Assembly (NCBI GenBank): GCA_039799905.1
Contig: JBDLRP010000039.1
Coordinates: forward strand, 64,001 to 128,000
Length of the DNA: 64,000 bases
Direction: 5' to 3'
From: Pseudomonadota bacterium
Lineage (GTDB): Bacteria; Bdellovibrionota_B; Oligoflexia; Silvanigrellales; Silvanigrellaceae
Shown here: positions 9,443-18,267 of the stretch, one piece after another
Layout of the letters: every line of letters starts with the position of its first letter
How positions within the stretch are numbered: the stretch's first letter is position 1
Position numbers and translations under genes: made by a program
The notes under the pieces: generated by a model
What the model was told of the DNA's origin: nothing
Database searches by the model: none
The model's input: only the letters and a program-made list of their open reading frames with translations

Positions 9443-10690
9443 TCAAGCCCCTTTTCGGGCTGGCGGAGCCGATTGCGTCTCGGCTGCTTCCTTTTCCCGT
9501 AACGACTCAGACAACGACTTCGAGCCATCGAGCTGGATGATCTTGCCCTTGGCTTCTTTTTCGTAGTTGAGGGTGTTCTGCGGCGCCGGCATGTTCTGGA
9601 ATTTTTTCACGCTCTCCACGACCATTCCGACAAACGGTTTGAAGACAACCGGGTCGTAATCGTCGTTGTTCTCAATCATGATTTTGAGTGCCTGCCCCGG
9701 CTCGAAAGCTTCCTTGTAGACGCGTTTCATCAGCAAAGCACTATAGACGTCTGCAATCATACAGATCCGGCTATAAAGATGGATGCCTTTATCTGCGTCT
9801 GATTCCAAACGCCCCTTGCGGCCCTCGGGATATCCGCGGCCGTTGAACTTTTCATGATGTTCATAAGCAACACGCAAAACCATGTCATCAATGGGAGCAC
9901 CGGTCGATTTTGATTTGGTCAGTTCATCGCGCCCGTATACCGTATGCTTCTTTATTTCATCAAATTCTTCGGGGGTGAGTTTGCCCGGCTTGTTGAGCAC
10001 CTCAGAGGGAACACACGTCTTGCCGGCATCATGAAAAAGCCCGCACTCTGCGACCAGCATCACTTCCTTTTCGCTCATCGGTTTGTCGACCATCTGGTTG
10101 CAGATGATGCTGCAGAGCATCGCCACCGAGGCGCTGTGGTCATAGAGGGTCGGATCGCAGGTGATCATTTTACTCAGCGTGTAGAGGGCTGCCTGTGAGT
10201 CGATGACAGACGAGACCAGCAGCGAGGCACTTGCACGCACACGCGCTACGACTTCCTCATCGATACCGCCGTTGACGACAAGCTGACTGGATGCGCTTAA
10301 GTTGTTGTACAAATCGACAGTTTTTTTATCCATGTGCGGCACATATGCGACCAGTCGGGCGAGCTTTTTCGAACGCACCTGGTTGATGACAGCCTCAAAC
10401 TTCGGCTTGTCCTGTTTCCACAGGCAAACACGGAACGAGCCCTTTGGTTTGAGGCATGCAGCCCAAATCTCGTCCAACAGTTCACGAGAAAACTCTTTGG
10501 GTTTGATGAACTCGACCAGCCAGTCTTCCACCGTGACAAACAGCGAGAAATCTATTTTTTGAACGTCATAAAGAAAGTGGAAATGTTCCAGACTGACAGG
10601 TGAAAGTTTTTGCGACAGGCCGTCATTCAATGGGACGACGACGCAGCGCTTGCGTGTCTCTTCACGGATCGGCGGAGCCTTTGCATTCAT
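9443..10690 (-). CDS. HD-GYP cyclic-dinucleotide phosphodiesterase
   Basis: HS..V, HDAGK, LNKPGKLT.EEF..IK.H, HHEKFNGRGYP and IADVYSAL..KRVYK motifs; start refined to MNAKAPP. Confidence 0.9.
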   Translation of the reverse strand: MNAKAPPIREETRKRCVVVPLNDGLSQKLSPVSLEHFHFLYDVQKIDFSLFVTVEDWLVEFIKPKEFSRELLDEIWAACLKPKGSFRVCLWKQDKPKFEAVINQVRSKKLARLVAYVPHMDKKTVDLYNNLSASSQLVVNGGIDEEVVARVRASASLLVSSVIDSQAALYTLSKMITCDPTLYDHSASVAMLCSIICNQMVDKPMSEKEVMLVAECGLFHDAGKTCVPSEVLNKPGKLTPEEFDEIKKHTVYGRDELTKSKSTGAPIDDMVLRVAYEHHEKFNGRGYPEGRKGRLESDADKGIHLYSRICMIADVYSALLMKRVYKEAFEPGQALKIMIENNDDYDPVVFKPFVGMVVESVKKFQNMPAPQNTLNYEKEAKGKIIQLDGSKSLSESLREKEAAETQSAPPARKGA

Positions 10691-10729
10691 CAGTGCACAA
10701 CTCCCGTTCAACTGCTTTCTCTGCGGGAA

Positions 10730-10755
10730 GATCGGCAAGTCGCCCACCGACCTGA
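10730..10755 (-). promoter_or_regulatory. Sigma-28-like promoter candidate for the HD-GYP gene
   Basis: Minus strand TCAGG-N15-CCGATC. Confidence 0.5.
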
Positions 10756-10783
10756 GCACTTTTATTTTAAGACTCTGTATATA

Positions 10784-13273
10784 CTAAACAATTTTAACAC
10801 AAAGCGGAGCTCCGCCGCCCCCCGAGCCGATGCTCAGGCGTGTTCCATTGACCCGCCCTGATTCCTTGTTTCGTCCGACCCTGATGATATCCTGAGCGAT
10901 TTTGTTCTCGAGTTCCTGTTCCATGAGCCTGCGCAGCGGACGGGCACCGTAGAGAGGATCGAACCCATTTTCTGCCAACCAACTTTTTGCCTCGGGGCTG
11001 ATGCTCACTTCCAGCCCCTGTCGACGCAGACGCTCGGCGAGATCCGACAAATGCAAATCGAGGATCTGTTCGACGGAATGTCTGTCCAGCTTGCGGAAGA
11101 CAATAGTTTCATCGAGCCGGTTGAGAAACTCGGGCTTGAAGTTTTTGCGCAACTCTTCCTTCACCAGCCGTGCGACTTCATCATCTGAGAGTTCGCGAGT
11201 GTCGGAGCTGAGCCCCATAGCGCGCTTGTTGGATACGATGTGCTCGCTGCCTATGTTGCTTGTGAACACGATGAGCGTGTTTTCGAAATTGACGATTTGT
11301 CCTTCGGCGTCGGTGAGTCGTCCGTCATCGAGCAATTGCAAAAACAAGTTGAACGTGTCCGGATGAGCCTTTTCGATTTCATCGAAAAGCAACACGCTGT
11401 AGGGTTGCCGCTTCACTTTTTCAGTCAATTGCCCACCCTCGCCGTAGCCTACGTATCCGGGCGGTGAACCAATCAATTTGGCTGTTTCATGTCGTTCCAT
11501 GAATTCACTCATGTCAAAGCGAATCAAGCGGCCCTCATCATTTAACACATATTCGGCGAGCGCCTTGGCGAGCTCAGTTTTACCAACACCCGTCGGACCC
11601 AGAAACAAAAAGGAGCCAATGGGTGCGCGTCTTTCGCGTAAGCCGACACGGTTTCTGCGCAGTGCATTGGCGACAGCCTCAACAGCGTGCGGCTGGCCTA
11701 TGACTCGTTTGCCGAGCTCGGATTCTATGTGCGCCAGTTTGGCCAAATCCTCGGCCTGCAGACGACCAGCCGGAATTCCCGTGGATTTCGAAATCAATGC
11801 AGCAATATCATCGGCACTGACAATTTTGTCCTCAGGTTTGATTGTCGCGTCCCAGGTTCTGCGCAGCTCGCTGATTTTGTTCTCCAGCCTGACTATGTCC
11901 ATCTGGATCTCCGCCACGCGGGGAAAGTCCTGACGGTTGAAAACCTCGGTGCGCTCCTCCTGCCTGAGGGCTTTTTCCTGTTCGAGCTTTTGAATTTCCG
12001 GAGGCAGGCTCACAACTGAAATACGCTTCAACGCACCAGCCTCGTCGATCAGGTCGATGGCTTTGTCGGGAAGACTGCGGCCGGACACATACTTGTGGGA
12101 AAGCTCAACTGCCGCATCAAGAGCCTCGGGAGCATAGCGGATGTGGTGATGACGCTCGTAGCGCGCGGCAATCGATGCGAGCATCTTCTTGGCATCGGCC
12201 AATGATGGTTCCTCGACCTTCACCGACTGAAAGCGGCGCTCCAGTGCTGGATCGGATTCAATGTACTGCTTGTACTCGCGAAACGTGGTCGCTCCGATGC
12301 ACTGCAGCTGTCCGCTTGCCAGCGAAGTCTTGAGAATATTGCTGGCATCGAGCGCTCCCGACGTGCGTCCTGCACCGACCACCGTGTGCAGTTCATCGAT
12401 GAAAAGAATCACCTCACCTTCAAGTGAAATAATTTCTTCCTTGATTTGTTTGAGACGTTCCTCAAATTCTCCATGCATTTTTGCGCCGGCGACGAGCTCT
12501 CCCATTTCCAGCGACAACACGCGTTTACCCAGCAGGTGTTCGGGCACATCTTGAGTCACGATGCGCTGGACCAAGCCCTCGACAATGACCGTCTTGCCGA
12601 CACCAGGCTCACCGATCAGAACGGGGTTGTTCTTTTTGCGACGTGAAAGAATTTGAATGACACGGTCGATTTCCGTATCCCGCGCAGCCACCGGATCCAA
12701 CTCGCCCCGCCGCGCCATTGCGGTGAGGTCGCGAGTGTACTGTGCAAGCACGCTCTGCCTTGATTCATCGTCGCGGCTGGCGACCACGTGATTTCCACGC
12801 ACACTCAAAAGCGCTCTGCGGGCATCGTCGTAAGTGAGGCCGACCTGCTGCAAAAGCTCGCGCATAGAAGGCAGACGAGAATCAAAGAAGGCAAGAAAGA
12901 GCGCACCGGTCGAAATGAACGCATCGGTGAAATTTTTGCGCTCCGTATCTGCACGCTCAAATAAATGGTTAACTTCCTGAGTCCCGTAGAGATTGAGCGA
13001 GTCGCCCTTGCCCTGTGGTGCCGGTTCACTGCGTCTTTGAATTTTATTGATTCGCTCATAGAGGCCGTTGACCAAAGCTGTCTTGACTTTGACGTCATCA
13101 AGTCGCAGCTCTTGAGCCACTTTCATCACAACCGAATCTTTTTGCTCGACGAGTGCAAAAAGAATGAATTCGGGGGTCAGCAAGCGCGACTGGGAATTGA
13201 CCGCCTCAGTGATGGCGGCCTGAAACACTTCATTTACTTTGTGAGTCGAGCTTTTGAGAAACTGCTGTGCCAT
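10784..13273 (-). CDS. clpC: ATP-dependent Clp protease ATP-binding subunit, ClpC-type
   Basis: Clp-N repeats; two AAA+ modules ([14 protein letters not shown] and [16 protein letters not shown]); short (about 50 aa) middle coiled coil; MGL loop resembling the ClpP-docking IGF/L motif. Confidence 0.8.
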   Translation of the reverse strand: MAQQFLKSSTHKVNEVFQAAITEAVNSQSRLLTPEFILFALVEQKDSVVMKVAQELRLDDVKVKTALVNGLYERINKIQRRSEPAPQGKGDSLNLYGTQEVNHLFERADTERKNFTDAFISTGALFLAFFDSRLPSMRELLQQVGLTYDDARRALLSVRGNHVVASRDDESRQSVLAQYTRDLTAMARRGELDPVAARDTEIDRVIQILSRRKKNNPVLIGEPGVGKTVIVEGLVQRIVTQDVPEHLLGKRVLSLEMGELVAGAKMHGEFEERLKQIKEEIISLEGEVILFIDELHTVVGAGRTSGALDASNILKTSLASGQLQCIGATTFREYKQYIESDPALERRFQSVKVEEPSLADAKKMLASIAARYERHHHIRYAPEALDAAVELSHKYVSGRSLPDKAIDLIDEAGALKRISVVSLPPEIQKLEQEKALRQEERTEVFNRQDFPRVAEIQMDIVRLENKISELRRTWDATIKPEDKIVSADDIAALISKSTGIPAGRLQAEDLAKLAHIESELGKRVIGQPHAVEAVANALRRNRVGLRERRAPIGSFLFLGPTGVGKTELAKALAEYVLNDEGRLIRFDMSEFMERHETAKLIGSPPGYVGYGEGGQLTEKVKRQPYSVLLFDEIEKAHPDTFNLFLQLLDDGRLTDAEGQIVNFENTLIVFTSNIGSEHIVSNKRAMGLSSDTRELSDDEVARLVKEELRKNFKPEFLNRLDETIVFRKLDRHSVEQILDLHLSDLAERLRRQGLEVSISPEAKSWLAENGFDPLYGARPLRRLMEQELENKIAQDIIRVGRNKESGRVNGTRLSIGSGGGGAPLCVKIV

Positions 13274-13339
13274 GAATCCTCCCGCAAGACCGAACCACCA
13301 CGCGGCGGCCCGCTCAATGTGAGTCGGATCCGCGGGCTG

Positions 13340-14011
13340 TCAAGGGGAGGACAATTGCTGGACGTTTGCAGCAGGTTGCGCCGCGCGGCGGAGAGCAATC
13401 TCCTGCAGCAGCATGTCGATGAGCATCAGGGCGATACCAACGTTGATGGCGACATCCGCCCAGTTGAAGACCGGAAATGAATATTCCCAGCCAAAAATTC
13501 TCCAGTGGAAGTGCAGCCAGTCAATCACGTACTTCAGAAGAAGCCGGTCGATGAAATTCCCGAAGGCGCCCGCAAGAACAAGAACGAGCGCGGTGCGGGC
13601 CATGCGCTGCCCAGGGTGGGCACTCTTGAAGAGGTAGATGATCATGCCTGACACAAAAACAGTCACTGCATAAAAAAGCCACAGACGAATCTTTTCGGGG
13701 GCATTGGCAAACGACCCCCACGCTGCTCCCGGATTACGCACATAAGTCAGGTGAAAATCGACCCAATTAGGGGTGATCCGCGACCGCTCCATAGCCATCT
13801 CGGTTGCTTTTGAAGGTGAAACTCCAAGCGTCCCGACGCGCACGGAATCGCCGCGATAGCTGCGTAAATCACTTTCATGCGACCAGACCATCAGCCGCTG
13901 CTGCGCATGTAATTTAGTTGTCTGATCGAATCCGACAGTGGCAAGAAACAATAGAACGTAGCCAATCATCAGCGTTCGGCTTGTGACCATATTGGCAATT
14001 TTGGTTACCAT
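13340..14011 (-). CDS. lspA: Lipoprotein signal peptidase II
   Basis: DQ.TK, RNPGAAWG, GAFGNFIDR, VIDW and PVFNWAD motifs. Confidence 0.92.
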   Translation of the reverse strand: MVTKIANMVTSRTLMIGYVLLFLATVGFDQTTKLHAQQRLMVWSHESDLRSYRGDSVRVGTLGVSPSKATEMAMERSRITPNWVDFHLTYVRNPGAAWGSFANAPEKIRLWLFYAVTVFVSGMIIYLFKSAHPGQRMARTALVLVLAGAFGNFIDRLLLKYVIDWLHFHWRIFGWEYSFPVFNWADVAINVGIALMLIDMLLQEIALRRAAQPAANVQQLSSP

Positions 14012-14059
14012 TCGTATTCCTTTTGACTGTATGCTGTATTGGACGTGGAGTATGAAAGC

Positions 14060-16261
14060 ATGAACCCCCCCACAGATGCAAACAAACATCCCGACATCGG
14101 GCTGTCAGCCTCCGAACTGGCAAGTTTGCTGGAAGTTTGTCAACGCACACTGGTGACACGACCCGAGCTGGCGGCTTGGGTTCGACCGATCGATATTGGT
14201 GGCGGTGTTTCGTTACCGTTTATTCCCATCCGCTGCTTCCGGCTGATGAATGTTTCATCAATTTCGGATATCGACCTCGCCTCTCCGCAAATGCAAGTTT
14301 TTCGTTCAAGCGGCAGTACTCAGGCTGTGCGCGCAACTCATTATCTCGGTCCGACCGGTTGGAAGGCCTACCAGCAGTCATCCGTCGAGGGTTTTCATGA
14401 CGCGTGCAGCCGACTGGGCATTTCCGCACGGTCGAAGATCGTCAGTCTTGTCCCTCCCCGCGAACAGTGGCCAGAAAGTTCGCTTGCTGCCATGATTGCC
14501 CTGTGGAAGGAAAGCGGACTGGATGTTCATTATGTGGACGTCGAAGCACAACCAGAATCTTTGTGCCGCTTTTTCAGTTCACAGGCTAACACCGAGCAAG
14601 AATCGTACGTCATTTTCGGCACGTCACTTCACCTTCTCACCGTTGCACAATGGCATGCAGACAACGCAGTCGGCGATGCAAAAGCATTTATCAACAGCAA
14701 GCGTGTTGCTGTCTTCGACACAGGCGGCAGCAAGGGCAGGACTGTCAACATCAACACAGAAGTTTTGCACAGGCTGATCAAATGCTGGGTCACCGACGAA
14801 ACGAATCTTCTTCTGGTGTCGGAATACGGCATGTGCGAACTCACCTCGCAGGCATACACGGCACACCCGCCGCACGACAATGTTTTTCAGTGCAGTCCGA
14901 CACTCCGCTCATACGTCATTCGTGCGGATCTGAAGGAAGTCTCTCCGCACGGAGAAGACGGATTCCTTGCGTTCATTGATTTGGCCAACACCGACTCGTG
15001 GCCGTGCATCATCACCGAGGACTTGGGACGCAGTCTGCATCCTTCGGAGCGTTCATTCGCTTTGCGCGGGCGCGCTCCGGACGCCACAGTCAAGGGTTGC
15101 AGTTTGAACGTCAGGACAAACTTTCGTTTCGACTTGAGCCGAATGATAGAAGGTGCACAGGCTCAAAATACGTCGGAAGAGAATATTGCAGAGCGAAAAC
15201 AAATTTCATCTATCCGGAAGACCTTAAGACGAAATTTATTCACACCTGAACAGCTTCTGAGTGCTCTTCAACACCCTGCTTGGGACACCGGATTCAAACA
15301 AGACCTGAATGCAACCCTGCGCGGATGGAATCATCCTTCCCACGAGAAGGGTTTGCTGGATGAAAGCATACTGCACGGAGAAACGTTAGCCATCATTGCG
15401 TCTGCAAACATCCCCATCACGTGGCTGTTTCCGGCCGCACACGCGTGGCTGATGGGTGCACGGGAAGTGCAGATCTTTCTGCCCTCGGTGCGGCAGGAAG
15501 ACCCAATCAGTGCCATTATCCGAAACCAAATCGTCGCGCTGGCGGAAGCCTTCAACCGCTGCGCGCACAGCGGATTTGTCCGTATCCATACAAATCGTTT
15601 CTCAGATAAAAACACCGCCGAGCGTATTCTGATTTTTGGTCACGACGAAACGATACGTACCATTTCGGCAGACCTGCAATTGTGCGGAGAAAAAAGAGCG
15701 GTCATCGGACTCGGCCACTTCCGCAACAAGTTTTGCCTGAACAACAGCACCGAAATCAATAAATTAGCCGCACAGTGTGCTACATGGCTCGGACGCGGTT
15801 GCCTTACGCCCATTCTCGCAGAGGTTCCGGACTCGTGGAGCAGAACTGAGATCAGCGCCCTGACGGCTGCATGCGCTGCAGCGATGAGTGCTGAATTTAA
15901 GAACAAATATCCTTCGCACGCGCCGACGCTGAAATTTGCCCACAGGCATAATCTTTCTGAACTTCAGGCAACCTCACAAGCGAATCATTTGGATCTCATT
16001 GTTCGCGACGAATGCAACCATGGTGTGGCCTGCATTGCGCTACCGGACGCTGATCCGGAATCACTCGCACAGACCGGATTGAGTCAGAAACTACTTGACT
16101 GGGGAGGATGCGGCTGGCTGACTGTTGCAAAGAAATCCATTTGCACACGGCTCTGGCCAACCTTGGGGCATGAGAACGCGTGGCCGCAATTGTGGGACGC
16201 TCATCAAGGCAAAAGCTGGCTCGATTGGTTAACCGAGTACCAGCAACCGGCGCAGCAATGA
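14060..16261 (+). CDS. Fusion of LuxE-like acyl-protein synthetase (N-term) and LuxC-like acyl-CoA reductase (C-term)
   Basis: N-half: FRSSGST, DTGGSKGR, SEYGMCELTSQAY, DLAN..S...I.TEDLG, GRAP.A.VKGCS. C-half: IIASANIP, IFGHDETI, GRGCLTP. Confidence 0.75.
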   Translation: MNPPTDANKHPDIGLSASELASLLEVCQRTLVTRPELAAWVRPIDIGGGVSLPFIPIRCFRLMNVSSISDIDLASPQMQVFRSSGSTQAVRATHYLGPTGWKAYQQSSVEGFHDACSRLGISARSKIVSLVPPREQWPESSLAAMIALWKESGLDVHYVDVEAQPESLCRFFSSQANTEQESYVIFGTSLHLLTVAQWHADNAVGDAKAFINSKRVAVFDTGGSKGRTVNINTEVLHRLIKCWVTDETNLLLVSEYGMCELTSQAYTAHPPHDNVFQCSPTLRSYVIRADLKEVSPHGEDGFLAFIDLANTDSWPCIITEDLGRSLHPSERSFALRGRAPDATVKGCSLNVRTNFRFDLSRMIEGAQAQNTSEENIAERKQISSIRKTLRRNLFTPEQLLSALQHPAWDTGFKQDLNATLRGWNHPSHEKGLLDESILHGETLAIIASANIPITWLFPAAHAWLMGAREVQIFLPSVRQEDPISAIIRNQIVALAEAFNRCAHSGFVRIHTNRFSDKNTAERILIFGHDETIRTISADLQLCGEKRAVIGLGHFRNKFCLNNSTEINKLAAQCATWLGRGCLTPILAEVPDSWSRTEISALTAACAAAMSAEFKNKYPSHAPTLKFAHRHNLSELQATSQANHLDLIVRDECNHGVACIALPDADPESLAQTGLSQKLLDWGGCGWLTVAKKSICTRLWPTLGHENAWPQLWDAHQGKSWLDWLTEYQQPAQQ

Positions 16262-17533
16262 ATCCACAGGGGGGAGCTTGCCTCCCTCCTTCCGGCCGAG
16301 GTCTTTATAGAGCCGCCTCCAGATTCTCCAATCCAGCGTTTTTCCAGCGAGCAGATCATCCATTTTCAAATTGACAGCTCCGCTTGTCTCTTTGCCAAGC
16401 GACAGACTCTTTTTCACAAACACGGATGTGTTTTCTTCGGCAGGAATATCAACATCGACAATCTGATTATCCATGCAAAAGACGAGCAGTGACTTCCATA
16501 CGGAGATCATCGCATCTGTGGAGACATCCGACGCCCGCACCGATTCCAGTATCAATATTTTTTCTCGAGCGCTGAGTGCGGCACAAATTTGCACCGACTC
16601 AATGTCGCGATTGAGAGTCAGTTCAAAACGTTCCAATTCTCCAGCCCTTGCGTGTACGGGGCCGCCATGCGGGATGGATTTCTCAGGACTGGCGGGATCT
16701 GCACCGCCCTCAACGGCATAAGACGAGGCGTTGACCAGCACTCGATTTTTTTCGTCGCTGCTGTCCAAATGATTCAGACTAAAACCGGCTGCACGGATAT
16801 CTGCCAGACTCAGCCAGAAATTGCTGTAGTACAACCAATCACCCAATGCATGAAGATTGTCCTGACCTCCTCCATCGACGTACTCACAACCAACGATATA
16901 ACGACGCGAATTTTCTTCACGCCGCACATATGCAACCCGGCAATAGGCACGGCACAGCCCAAACACGGGCAAGGAGATGTCGAACCAATACCGCTGTTTT
17001 TCCAGAAAAGGCAAAGGATGTCTGTCGATGATTAGGCGCATGCCGCCTGCCGAAACATCCGTCACTTTTCCATAGATCGTATTACCAAAACGCAATTCGT
17101 CGGAGATTGTCACCATCGGCGAGACACTCTCGTTCATCTGGATGCGCGCAGAACGGCGTTTGATGTGTGCCGGCCTCACGACCTCGGCCGACCTGCTCAG
17201 GGTAACCCCCAAGCGGACAAACTCACCCTCGGCAACACGCTCAACCCGTGTATTGGCAATCGAACCTCGAGCACGAAAACGGGAGCCGGAAAAATCGCAG
17301 TCCAAATCCACCAGCTCGCCAATCGACAAAAGTGGCAGGTCAGGACTCAGTTTGATGCGAAGGCCCATACCAAAGGGGCTGTAGTCGACGCATTCGGCCT
17401 TCAACTCGATGTGTCCGAGGATAAGCTTGACATAGTGGGAAGCCGAAGCATTCACGACGAAGCGGGAATCTTGCCGCTGATCGGACTGATGGGAAATATT
17501 TTCCCGCTGGCCCGAAGACGATGTTTCTCCCAT
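16229..17533 (-). CDS. Tandem PilZ-domain protein with uncharacterised C-terminal domain
   Basis: Two RxxxR / DxSxxG pairs (RQDSR...DYSPFG and RRSAR...DVSAGG); GGGAGG RBS before ATG 17533. Confidence 0.8.
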   Translation of the reverse strand: MGETSSSGQRENISHQSDQRQDSRFVVNASASHYVKLILGHIELKAECVDYSPFGMGLRIKLSPDLPLLSIGELVDLDCDFSGSRFRARGSIANTRVERVAEGEFVRLGVTLSRSAEVVRPAHIKRRSARIQMNESVSPMVTISDELRFGNTIYGKVTDVSAGGMRLIIDRHPLPFLEKQRYWFDISLPVFGLCRAYCRVAYVRREENSRRYIVGCEYVDGGGQDNLHALGDWLYYSNFWLSLADIRAAGFSLNHLDSSDEKNRVLVNASSYAVEGGADPASPEKSIPHGGPVHARAGELERFELTLNRDIESVQICAALSAREKILILESVRASDVSTDAMISVWKSLLVFCMDNQIVDVDIPAEENTSVFVKKSLSLGKETSGAVNLKMDDLLAGKTLDWRIWRRLYKDLGRKEGGKLPPVDSLLRRLLVLG

Positions 17534-17607
17534 GGTGCCTCCCATTGCTCGACTGATTCGAGTAAAACATTTTTGGGAACAAATCTCACTACGAGGGAGA
17601 ATGACAC

Positions 17608-18255
17608 ATGAAGTTGATTGCAGGTATTGTTGCCTTCACCGTTTTGTCAGGATGCGCCAGCAAAAAATATGGCGACGAGAATATTCAAACTCAGCTCGAA
17701 ACTTCCGGCAAAAAGAAATCCGATAAAATGGGATTCGACAAAGATCGCAATCTCGTCATTCAGGACAAATCGACGGCCAGCGACGAACTGATCATTCAAA
17801 AGCACGTCAACGAGAAACTTCAGGCCGATTTGCAGAATGAGTTTCAGCTGCTCAAGCGCTGCCGGACCGAAGTTGCAGACGTCCGGCTTGGCGGGAACGG
17901 CGACCTTGCCGCAATGCCCGAGATCGACGGCATCAAGAATGACCCGACCTACAAAGAAACTGTCGGCATCGATGAAAGTGGCGAACTGGTTTTCGTCCGT
18001 CAGGAGAATTTTGAAGACCGTATCAAAGCTGAAAAGCAGTTTGAAAAATCAGTCCGCCGCCTGAGCAAAGTGGTAGCCGGCAACCGTGAACAGTGCGAGA
18101 TGCGCCTGCGCAAGGCACGCGTTGAACACGGCCTTCCTGCGGAGCGCACACCCGCCATCACCCGCTACGAGGGCGGACAGGTGATTATTGTCAGGCCGGC
18201 GGAGCGCAATTTGGACGACGCTTTCCAATTTGCAAACGAAGCAAAGCAGAAGTAA
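17608..18255 (+). CDS. Hypothetical lipoprotein with coiled-coil segments
   Basis: Lipobox LSGC; GGGAG RBS; directly upstream of the ABC transporter. Confidence 0.75.
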   Translation: MKLIAGIVAFTVLSGCASKKYGDENIQTQLETSGKKKSDKMGFDKDRNLVIQDKSTASDELIIQKHVNEKLQADLQNEFQLLKRCRTEVADVRLGGNGDLAAMPEIDGIKNDPTYKETVGIDESGELVFVRQENFEDRIKAEKQFEKSVRRLSKVVAGNREQCEMRLRKARVEHGLPAERTPAITRYEGGQVIIVRPAERNLDDAFQFANEAKQK

Positions 18256-18267
18256 TGATTGTTCCCT

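Noticed and set aside
14060..16261. Bioluminescence (lux) operon
   Set aside because: No luxA, luxB, luxD or luxG in the window.
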